DNA from: Phallusia mammillata
Taxonomy: Eukaryota
NCBI GenBank assembly: GCA_965637545.1
Contig: OZ281494.1
Span: 1,984,001 to 2,048,000 of the forward strand
Direction: 5' to 3'
DNA length: 64,000 bases
Position numbers and translations under genes: made by a program. Below the pieces are notes generated by a model. The model ran no database searches. It was not told where the DNA came from and saw only the letters and a program-made list of their open reading frames with translations. Within the stretch, counting starts at the first letter, position 1; each line of letters opens with the position of its first letter. Of this stretch, positions 53,140-64,000 are shown one piece after another.

Positions 53140-55570
53140 TCATATCACTGTCTGTCGCTCGATTATCTCGGTGGCGTTGGAACTGTCACTTGACAGCATG
53201 GGAGCACGTGACGAGGCAGGGGTGGCACATGTCACCTTGACACTAGATGTCTCTGTCATTATGGTGGTGTGCTCGTCGCTGTCTGTCGCGATGCCAGTGC
53301 AACACGACGAGCTGCAACGGAGATCGCAGCAACTGCCCTGAGGACCGATGGCGCTCAGCACGGGCAGGAAGAAGTAATTGCTGTACAACCAGCTCGCAGC
53401 CATAACCAGCATAATGAACACGCCGAAATGGTTGTACGCGAGCATATTGGACGGAAGCAAACCCGCTCCTGCTATAAACGTCGTCAGCGCAGCCATGCTT
53501 ATTGCTGCCCCCATGCGGCTTGCTGCAAACTCAACCCGCTGCTGTCGATCACCGCTAGACGGCGCCACGATATAAGCGATCGCGTAGTGAGCGGTGAAGT
53601 CGACAGCAAGACCGACTGCAATCGAAATCGTCACCGATTCTAGAACGTTCAGTTCCCAACCGAGCAGAACCAATGACGCAGCTGTGACGAAAATGACGCA
53701 CGCAACAGTGAGGTTCGCGAACAGCGCAATGGCAATGTTGCGTGACGTCACGAGTATGACGAACTGCGCTACGAGAAGGGAAAGTCCCACTGACGTAAGC
53801 GTGCCATCGTAGGGACCTTTCTGTAGAGAGTAGAATTGGAAATCGCCGATGAACCATCCACTGGCGAGACCGAACGGCGCAGACCTGAGCAGAGGTGAGA
53901 GGAATTGCTCCAAGTGAGTGTAGAAAACGTCCATTTCTTTGAAGGAGGCGCTCAAGGGTTGATTTGTCGGCATTTCCACGATCAGACCGATCAGTTTGTC
54001 GTTGCGGTCAAACCTAAAAAAACGGATGAATATGTGAAGCTATATATCAATACTTCTGTACAAAACAAGGCCCGGTTATAACAAGGCCCGGTCAACACGA
54101 TAATTTACATGACCAAATAAATACTAACCTTGGACCAGGTGTGTATTTGTTCAACATCATGCCAGGTTGCAACGTAATCTCATTCATCGCCTCCTTCAGA
54201 CACTCTTCGAACACGTGAGGGCGGTATGGGAACTTGCTAGTCTCGCAGCAGACTGGCCTCTCGCTCGAACAAGGAGCCTCCATCCAATGTTTGAATGTTT
54301 CAATGAAGCAGTGAGTGTAGCTCTCAAGCTCCGGAACTGGTCGATAGTACGACGAATTACGAATACGTCCGCAAAATTTCAAAAGCCAACGTTGGCTTGG
54401 ATTTGATGGAAGAAAACCCGCGACATCTCGGAAAGCGTTTGGCAGAGTTTAGCGCATTGTGACGTCATCCAGCATGACGTGGTCTTTGTGTCATACGGAA
54501 GTGGGCAGTAGGAGAATTTGAAGAGTTTATGGTGAAGCACTATTGACGCTGGGAGCCAAGTTAGACTCAAAAACAAGTTAGAGAGGATTGTGAGACCGGT
54601 GAACATTCCGAAACACTTTATTGCCGTTACTGCACTTGAGTAGTTTGCGAAGAAAGCCGCTGCTGTCGTGAAACCGGTCACAAACAGTGACCAGGCTATA
54701 TGCTTCATCGCAGTTTTCAACACAACACCGATACGACATCTTATCGGGTAATCCCCTGTTTTGAAACGCTGACTAGGGCAGATTTTTTGTTTGTCTTCTT
54801 CGCTGTAGTGACGCCAAGCACTTGTAAAGACGAGCACGTTGTCAGCTGAAAGTCCAAGCATCACCAAAACAGCTGTGATGTTCAGGAAAGGAAAAAACGC
54901 AAAATTCAGCACAACGGAGTAGATGAAGTAGGCGATGAGCATGGCGCTTGCACCGAGTAAAAAGTTGGATATGGTGACAAAAACGGAGCCGGTGTAGAGC
55001 AGGATTATCAACTGAACCGCTCCGATCGCTATAGCGGGATACAAAGCGTCGGCGTAAAGCAGATCGCTAAACACGTCATTCTGCACTCCCAGGTCCATGC
55101 CGCTCACCTCTGTGACGTCATCACTGGTTTGTGACGTCATAGCAAAGTTGTCGTAGTAGAGCGGGGTCAGTGTGGAGCCCTTGAAGGCGGGCGCGAGGGC
55201 TATGGTGGATTGTATCGAGTGATTGAATGCGGAAAGTTAGGAGAATTCCTCGCATGCCACGTCCGAGGTTAGGATGTAGTGAAACACTGTGAAGACGGCG
55301 TTGTGCTTGGTACATTGCTTAGGAATATCCTTCGAACATTTAGACGTTGCATCAGCGGGTTTCCAACAGTTTGCAGTTAATTCTCCGCGACAATAGAATG
55401 GCGCGCAGGTTTGAAGCAAGTTTTCAGTCTTGCGAAGTGATTTGGTTGTGATGCTCTCGCAGGAATCCAGACCAGCAAAGTACGCTACATAGTTGGGCAG
55501 CGAGAGAGTCGGACAACAGGTCGAGTCTGTCTTCTTGAGACACAGTTCAGGATATGTTGGGTGGGTGTTT
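53140..55570 (-). pseudogene. disp: Dispatched (DISP1-like RND/SSD protein), 5'-truncated pseudogene copy
   Basis: CCPTLSLPNYVA, SSD GLSADNVLVF, FVTGFTTAAAFFANY...IKCFG and [10 protein letters not shown] match DISP1. In-frame TAA at 55239-55237; frameshifting deletion at ~54400; intron 54128-54014; last exon open to 53140. Confidence 0.85.
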
Positions 55571-56879
55571 TGTTTTATGCTTGAACCTCATATGCTGTTT
55601 GGCGTTGCTGGTCACCGATGTTTATCGCCCTTGTGGTATTTTTACTTTTTATGGCTGTCATATTTTTGAGCTTGATTTCGTTAAAAGTTAAATCAACTAA
55701 ACACATGTCCTTGCAAGCATAATTCTATAATGGTTGTCATTTTGTTATAGTTGTAACTGTCCTTTTGGCAAATGCAATACATTGTCGTGTTCCTTTCAAT
55801 AAGTAAAATATACGGAGTTCGTTAGATCAACTAATGGAACAGTTGGTCATTAAGTTAAAAACGTTGGATGAAAGCGATCCGTCATAAAAAGTTGTGTACT
55901 TAGTGTTGAAACCTGAGGGTTAAATATTAACACTAGGGTACTTAAATCTGTTTAGAAAACAAAAATCCTCAGTACTCGGTACTTTTCAAAGGAGAGCAAA
56001 CATTGGGACACAGCTTTAAAAGGTGATGGAGTGTGCTACTGTACCTTTCCATCATAAAACATTTGACGAAAACTTTCCAATCTAATGGTCAGTTTCCAAA
56101 CTAATCATAAATAAAATGAAAACATTGTTAAAATCGCCAACAAAACACAATTCAGGGGTTAGCGTGCAATGCATAGAAACAGGATTTGATATTAAACCAA
56201 GCAATACATAAATTTATCTCTTTAAAATGTGTCATGAGATCATGTTGCAACAGTGTCTCTATAAAACTCTTTTTATGACTTTGCAAATACCAGATTAAAC
56301 TGTAAACCGCCAGAATTAGATACAATTGGTGGATTCTTTGGCAGATCCAGCGAATTTAAGCCAAAGGATAGTTTAGCATATAAAGCGCTTACATTGGCCC
56401 TTCTCTTGCCAAATAGTTCAGACTTAAAGTGAGATGTAAGGTGAAACTACGTTCTGTTCTTCTCAACATGAAAATAACTTTGCTCTAAGTGGTGTGATAT
56501 TGTGTCAAGGTACGCAATACATAAACCTAAAGTTTTGTTTTTGATCGGTATGAAACATTGGCTGCAAGGTGTTTTTTGTGCCACACACAGGCTTTTCAAG
56601 GCTGCAACGTATAAAGTCAGGCAGAAATCGGTTAAGTAATGAAAATTCACTTTGAAAATACAACGGTGTAAAGCAAAAGTATAAATATTGCCATGAATTT
56701 GTTCCTGTTTGTATAAAAACATTTTAATGAGAAAAAATCACATCACAATAAAATTATAAAACCGTTTGTGCAAAAACCATCATGGCTTGTTTTCAGTTTT
56801 TTCCCACTATGTGCTTGTGCATGAAATCAATCGTGTTTCTAAAATTATTGTACAATAATCAATCCACTAAAGTTTGGTG

Positions 56880-59800
56880 ATGAGCACCATTGTTGAGATC
56901 CCAACGTTTCATCGTTATGAACTGGAATGTATGTCTGGAACTTTGATTGAATGTCACGACAATGTGGTAATGTATGAAGCAAACCATCCAGAATTGGGGA
57001 CAAATATTATCAAACGATTTCGTTTAAGAGCTGCACCCGAGTGGAAAATAAACAAGAGCAATAATGAGTGAGTATAAATTTGTGAGTTAAATCATACTTC
57101 ATAGAATGTTAGGCTAAGATGCTTTGCACCGATCCTGTCCCCCGAGTTTCGCTCGTTTTGTAGCAAAGCATGATCTCACCTGTGATGGGATTCGAACCCA
57201 CGACATGTAGCTACCCAGTGCCCTATGATTAGAGAATAGGTTTATTAGGTATTATACGCCTAAATGTGCATTGAACGTTGATCTTTATGAAGGCTTCAAT
57301 GAAAAAATAAAAAGATGTGATCACTCAAACATCCAGAAATGCTATGGAGAAATTCGATGGTCTTCTCAATCAGTCGGAATCATGTTGGAAGCCACTAAGG
57401 GAAATCTTAAAGATCTTGTGCTGGGAGAACAGGAACTTTCTTGGGATGAAAGATTTCAGATAGCCAAAGAAGTTGCTGACGCATTGAGTGATTTACATTC
57501 TAAATCCATTGTTCACAACGCTGTTAGGACTGAAAACATGGCGTTAAGCGATTCAAATGAGGTAACGGTATAAGGTTGACATTTATAGGAGTTAGTATTT
57601 TTAAATGCAATAAATATTTGTTGACGCTTTCCAACTAAATTTACCAGATTCTACCGAAATAACTTATTTTTAACCCTCAGAAAGTTCACCGCTATTTCAA
57701 ACATTACCTTTATCAGGTGAATCTGACCAATTTTACCTCCGCTCGGATGATTAAAAATCGTTCCCCTTATTGGATGGAGTCACTGAACGGAAAACAAACA
57801 GATCCAAAACCTGATTTCTACTGTGAACCTGTAGTTCAACATAGTCAATTCCTCACAACTAAAGTAAACACTGAACCGTGGATGGACGTGTACAGGTAAA
57901 TACTTGTTTGGTTTTGTATTGTCTGTACGTTTTATTATTACTTTAAACCGTTGCAGTTATGCCGTGGTGCTGTACGAATTGATCACCAGGAAAAAAAATC
58001 TACGAAGGTGAAAAACCTCCCTTTATATTCGATATCGTGGTTAATTTTAAACGACCAAGTCTCGATCCAGTCAACAAAATATTGGAATTATTGAAACCGG
58101 ATTCAGAAGATTTTCAGATTTGTAAACTTCTGCGCAACCTTATGGAGCGCTGTTGGAAACCAGAGCCAGAAAACCGACCAACAATGAGTGAAGGTGACTT
58201 TGTAATAATTTCGGATATCATTTTTAAAACGATTAATTTTTTAAAAGAGTTTCAAGAGAACACTATATACGGATCTGTTCATAAGTTTAATGGTAAAAAT
58301 AACGGCCCAAATAGACGTTAAAAGAGACATGCTTTATTGTTCGTTTCGTTTGAACAATAAAGCATGTCGCTTTTTACGTCTATTTGGGCCGTTACTTTCA
58401 CCATTAAAGTTTCAAGAGAGTTGAACAAACACTGTTTTTTAGTTTTACGAGAGTTGGCTTTGTTCGCTTCGAAACGAGCAAAAGAAACCCGAAATAGAAA
58501 AGCTGAGACGACACGTGACACACGAGATTTACGTGCATTTCTCGGTTTGGTCAACGAGGCTTGTGACGCAACGAGAGAAGAATCGCGTTTCGCACACAAT
58601 CCAAGTCAAAATATTTCTGCCCCAAATCGAACTGCAGGATCGCCAGTCGAAAGAAGCCTAAACGGTAGGATATTGTTTAATCACACTTGCGCCAACTAAG
58701 TAAAATAAACTAGAAAGTGGTTATTTTGTTCCTTAGTTTAAAAAAACTCAAGGGATCTATTCCGCTGGTAATTGCGATTCGCTCAAATACTTTTTGTGCA
58801 TTAATTTTATGCTAACTAAACAATATCCCAAATTTTTATTTCCAACATTACAATTTTTTGATAACAATCACGCTTTTTATGAGGCAGAACCCTAATAAAC
58901 ACCTTCACTGTTTTCTAATTGTAACACATGTTTAATTTTTAAAATTTTGGATGATTACTACTGAATTTGTTTTGTTTCTTTCCAACGCTTAACATTTTCG
59001 CTAAACCAAAAGTCGGACGAACTGAAATTGACCCAAGCCCAAAATGTGGAGCTACTAACACAGTAGAGCTACGAGCACAAGAACTTGCACACTAGAACTA
59101 ATTTGTTACAAAACGACAGAGCGAAGTTATTTGAATTAACTGTGAGACTGGAATGGCGTTAGGCACTACATTTAAGGATAGAAACCAAAGTTTAGCTTGA
59201 TCTTGTTGTTACTATTGCTATGAAACATTAGACTAACCCTAATAACCCTAACCGTCAGCATTTTTTTTTCATGGGTTTCAAACCCACAACACTCCCGGGG
59301 ACGAATCCCGATCAAGATTGTTTTTTTGTGTGTCTGTATATGGGTCAGGCTCGCCAGACCATTCGGCTAAGTTCCTGCCCAACCGTCAGCATTTTTTACA
59401 CAAACTGGATATAAAATATCAGAGCGCGCCACCTCTTTGAAATTAGCGAACCCGTCTAATGTGAATTCTGATGTTAGTAGCTCCACCCAAATGTACAGAC
59501 ATCTCTCATGTTAGGAAATTATTTTGTAGACTGTTTACCATTAGGGATTTCTAATTGCAAAGTTTGGTGACGATTGCGGACAACGGAGTGCAATATTTTA
59601 ATTTTTATTGTTTAAAAATATTAAATAAAACGTTTTTTTTTGTAGTTCCACCACCTAAGCATGAAAGTCATCAAAAAAGTTGCGGTAATCAAAAAAGGCG
59701 ATGGAATGTTTCAACGGTCATGTCGTTTGCTGCACTCATTTTTTTGTTCAGTTTAGCTTGTTGGGTTTTGTGGCTGTGCTTCGGTAGGTTCTGGGTTTCC

Positions 59801-59893
59801 AAAGATGGTCCATCAAATAATTACGATTACGTTTACATGTATAGTGTAATATTTACAGGTTTATTGTTTAGCTGTTGTTACAGAAATAAATAA
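56880..59893 (+). pseudogene. K3: pseudokinase paralogue, damaged
   Basis: Exon 1 56880-57067; exon 2 lacks its 5' part (LKREMKIL) and normal acceptor; exon 3 57717-57895; exon 4 has an A8 run at 57991 (+1) giving TGA 58009-58011; exons 58443-58664 and 59646-59893 (TM). Confidence 0.72.
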
Positions 59894-61856
59894 TATTGTG
59901 CAATTAATAATCGGTTCGAGGTGATTTAAATCTCAATCATCCGACCACATGCACCGATCCCGTACATTCTGTTGTACATAATCTCCATTAACGTAGCGAG
60001 TTTCGACTGATAGCATTGAAATAAAAAAAACGCGCATTGTAGGTATTAAGGTCTATATGCAAGCTAACTTTGTTGATTTTATGTTGATAATCGTGTTTAT
60101 TTAACGATTTTTCTTCTGTTATCCTTCTATTATATACTGTGAGACGATTTTGACCTGTCGTTAAAATTTGATACGGTGGAGTATCGTGTATTGCAGTACA
60201 AATAAGCGCAAATATAATACAAGTGACTTTATCACGTGATTGCAAGTACGTTATATTTCGTCATTATTACATTTTCTGTCCTTGACTTCAATTGCATTTG
60301 TCTCTATTTTACACCGTTTTATTTACATGCGACGTAATCATATCAGACGCTACTGTTCTCTCTCTTCCATACTCCTCAAAAAATAACCTTTAGGCTACAA
60401 CGCTGTCCTCTTTATCGGACAATGCTCACACAAGCAGATAGCTAAAACAGCCCAAAACTTAAAGAGATAAAATGTATTCAGACAAAAATACTACAGATGA
60501 CGACAACCTGACCAGCCCCTACAATATAACAAAACTCAATACTGTATTGAATTACAGGAAAAGCATGAATCTCTAAACCGTGTTTTACTATTTTTAAGTT
60601 GTCATGACACTTGCAAACTACGGTTTTGTTTGTGTAATACCTTGGAACAAAAAATTAATACATTTATTAAAGCAACTTATTTGAAATTGATTGCAATAAT
60701 TAAGATAACACTTGACAACTTAAAAGGTTCAACTTTGCGTTTGGTCGTCAAGCCTTAAATACCTAAAGTAATATTGCCGCTTCTGAAAAGCATTTTCTAA
60801 AGGCGACTAAAACGGCACAGTTTTCTGCCACGAAGCGGCATTCGAAAAAAATGCTCTAACATTCTAAAACAGGCTTGTGTATTTAAAGTTCCGTGTATTT
60901 GGTCACTTTAAGCAAAAACTGGAGCGACATAAAACTTTAGTTTGAGCGAAACAGTGTGAAAAACGCGATAAAATATATTCAACATATGCAGTAAGCATTT
61001 TGTGATGTAAGCTCACTTAATTCAACACAAACATTTAGGTATTGCACTCAGAAAAAAGAATACAAAAAATGTCTCCACTCAAAAGCAATTGAGCAGAAAA
61101 GTAAATCATACCCACTTTGAAAACAGGTCGTAACATATTTTCATAATGGCTGCATACTTGAACGGTCAGTTTAAAACGACTAAACACCAATAAGTGATAT
61201 TTACGACATGCACTGTTTGGATGTTACAAAAAAGCTGCTTCGAAACTTATTTAAATATTATGAGAATGTTCTTTAACACTGGTAGCATCCAAACAATGCA
61301 AACCTAAGGGTAAGTCAAGACAATCAAAATATAAAAAGGAGTTGTGGTGTTTTTGATCGGAAACAAATCCAATGTTCCAATTCAAATGCTTGACTTCAAG
61401 GCAAAGTGTTAAGAAGTGATGTTGTTATGTGATAGGTAAATGAGAAATCGGTATCTTTCAGGGGCGGAATTATTAAAATGTAGAAAACAGTTTGTGGTCG
61501 TTTTTCACAATTTCTTGATTGGTTACAAGAAATATCTGAAGACAATTAAACACATATTGGCTGAGCGGAACGTGAGTCGACACCTTTTCAACTTATTTAA
61601 TAAACGAAAGTAGAAAAAGGGCTATTTTTCACTTTGTCCAAAGTGTGGCAAAACAGTGGCTTGTTTCAGATATTTGACTTGTATGGGTGGCTTCAAAGTA
61701 TGTTTCAAAAAATATCTGATGCCATTTCAAGTCAAATCACTTTAACTCCACCATTCCACTAGAGTTTGTTCTTTTGTGACGTCGACAAACACATTTCGTC
61801 TTCATGACGACCCGCTTTCAATATATCATATATCCAGATGTGACATCACCATCGCG

Positions 61857-63245
61857 TCATATCACTGTCTGTCGCTCGATGATCTCGGTGGCGTTGGAAC
61901 TGACACTTGACAGCATGGGAGCACGTGACGAGGCAGGTGTGGCACATGTCACCTTGACACTAGATGTCTCTGTCATTATGGTGGTGTGCTCGTCGCTGTC
62001 TGTCGCGATGCCAGTGCAACACGACGAGCTGCAACGGAGATCGCAGCAACTGCCCTGAGGACCGATGGCGCTCAGCACGGGCAGGAAGAAGTAATTGCTG
62101 TACAACCAGCTCGCAGCCATAACCAGCATAATGAACACGCCGAAATGGTTGTACGCGAGCACATTGGACGGAAGCAAACCCGCTCCTGCTATAAACGTCG
62201 TCAGCGCAGCCATGCTTATTGCTGCCCCCATGCGGCTTGCTGCAAACTCAACTCGCTGCTGTCGATCACCGCTAGATGGCGCCACGATATAAGCGATCGC
62301 GTAGTGAGCGGTAAAGTCGACAGCAAGACCGACTGCAATCGAAATCGTCACCGATTCTAGAACGTTCAATTCCCAACCGAGCAGAACCAATGACGCAGCT
62401 GTGACGAAAATGACGCACGCAACAGAGAGGTTCGCGAACAGCGCAATGGCAATGTTGCGTGACGTCACCAGTATGACGAACTGCGCTACGAGAAGGGAAA
62501 GTCCCACTGACGTAAGCGTGCCATCGTAGAGACCTTTCTGTAGAGAGTAGAATTGGAAATCTCCGATGAACCATCCACTGGCGAGACCGAACGGCGCAGA
62601 CCTGAGCAGAGGTGAGAGGAATTGCTCCAAGTGAGTGTAGAAAACGTCCATTTCTTTGAATGAGGCGCTCAAGGGTTGATTTGTCGGCATTTCCACGATC
62701 AGACCGATCAGTTTGTCGTTGCGGTCAAACCTAAAAAAAAAACGGATGAATATGTGAAGCTATAGATCAATACTTTTGTACAAAACCGAACTTTCATAAC
62801 TGTTACTATTATAACAAGGCCCGGTCAACACGATAATTTACATGACCAAATAAATACTAACCTTGGACCAGCTGTGTATTTGTTCAACATCATGCCAGGT
62901 TGCAACGTAATCTCATTCATTGCCTCCTTTAGACACTCTTCGAACACGTAAGGGCGGTATGGGAACTTGCTAGTCTCGCAGCAGACTGGCCTATCGCTCG
63001 AACAAGGAGCCTCCATGCAATGTTTGAATGTTTCAATGAATCAGTGAGTGTAGCTCTCTAGCTCCGGAACTGGTCGATAGTACGACGAATTACGAATACG
63101 TTCGCAAAATTTCAAAAGCCAACGTTGACTCCTGGTCGAAGAAATGTTAAACCGGGGCCGTAGAGGCACCGAACCCAGATTATCCGGGTCGTTGTGGTTG
63201 CCGTTGTCGGTTGCTCGAACCCCGAAATCAATAAGCACTGGCAAA
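61857..63245 (-). pseudogene. disp: Dispatched 3' fragment, second copy
   Basis: LPVLIDFGVRATDNGNHNDPDNLG...SQRWLLKFC; TGA at 63043-63041 where copy 1 has TGC; intron 62861-62731; last exon open; no upstream Disp exons up to 64000. Confidence 0.82.
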
Positions 63246-64000
63246 AAAGGTAAGTTTGCAAATTGAAACGCATACTATTGTTAATGTAGTACGTTGAACA
63301 TAAATAGTGTCCTTGGTTAAGTAAAGCATCATTTGGTTGGAATAGAATGTTTTTTTAAAATCGCAACAATAAAAACTGGTTTACTGGGTGTTGCAACACG
63401 AGAGTTAATTATTAACAAGGTTGTTAAACATGTATTGACAACAAAATCATTACTCCTCGGTACTTTTCCAAGGTGAGCAAACATTCGACAGCTTTGCACT
63501 TGGGTACGATACTGTACTTTTCCATCATAAAAACATTTCACGAAAAAGTCTAAAACCGCAAAATGAGTTAATGAACGCGCAATAAATTGGATGCAAACGG
63601 TTTGTAAGGAATGGATTGCGACAAACCCACTAGAAAACCTTCTCAATGACTTTGCAAATATCCGAATAAACTGTAAACAAACATAAATTAAACAAACTAC
63701 TTATTCTCTGTTTGTTGTTGATAGGATGAAAAATGTAAACCAAAAGTAGTTTCGCACAGAATTGCAAGCGGGCGCGAAATCTGAGCCCGAAACCCGGCCC
63801 GAACCTGAAGCGTTTTTGCAAAGCCAGTTTAGGATCCACGAAACCCTTGCAACAAAGGATGAGAGAGAAAAAAAGAGAAAGACAACAAACACAATGAACA
63901 ATAGTAGACAATGGGTTAAACTATATGTTTTAGTGTTTCAAAGCCAGAGACTTGTTACTTAGCTGAGTGATTTTGTTTAAAAAAATGGCGGACACGGAAC

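Noticed and set aside
53087-54406. Plus-strand and alternate-frame ORFs over dispatched (also 61804-62574 and 45930-46415 minus over K1)
   Set aside because: Shadows of real coding exons
63770-63812. CCCGAA-type short repeats (also a GC-rich element-like stretch at ~40260-40606)
   Set aside because: Probably transposon subterminal remnants, but I could not confirm paired TIRs or TSDs
1-64000. CRISPR array, operon or other prokaryotic system
   Set aside because: No regularly spaced short repeats; genes have spliceosomal introns

Overview
Eukaryotic, AT-rich, intron-containing DNA. The short ~55-70 nt introns and gene style suggest a marine invertebrate such as an ascidian (inference only). 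The left part (1-39.2 kb) is a minus-strand tandem array of 11 copies of an unrecognised type I membrane receptor gene family. Each copy has a leader exon, a two-exon 6-Cys ectodomain that is weakly CUB-like, a Ser/Thr stalk, one TM helix and a Tyr-motif cytoplasmic tail. Two unrelated tail classes occur: a one-exon NxLY/ITIM-ITSM-like tail and a two-exon (D)GYLVP...YEDL tail. Near-identical ectodomains sit on different tails, discarded tail exons decay downstream of tail-swapped genes, one gene has two ectodomains, variation clusters in two loops, and 4 of the 11 copies are disrupted. This pattern is what a paired immune/allorecognition receptor cluster undergoing birth-and-death evolution looks like (inference). 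The right part (44.7-63.3 kb) holds three plus-strand copies of a RIPK/TKL-like pseudokinase with C-terminal TM helices (one intact, two damaged). Each is followed tail-to-tail by a broken 3' fragment of dispatched. The window also contains several MITEs, a Penelope-like RT relic and a 205-nt assembly gap. All gene models were spliced by hand from GT/GC-AG signals and paralogue exon lengths; no database searches were run.
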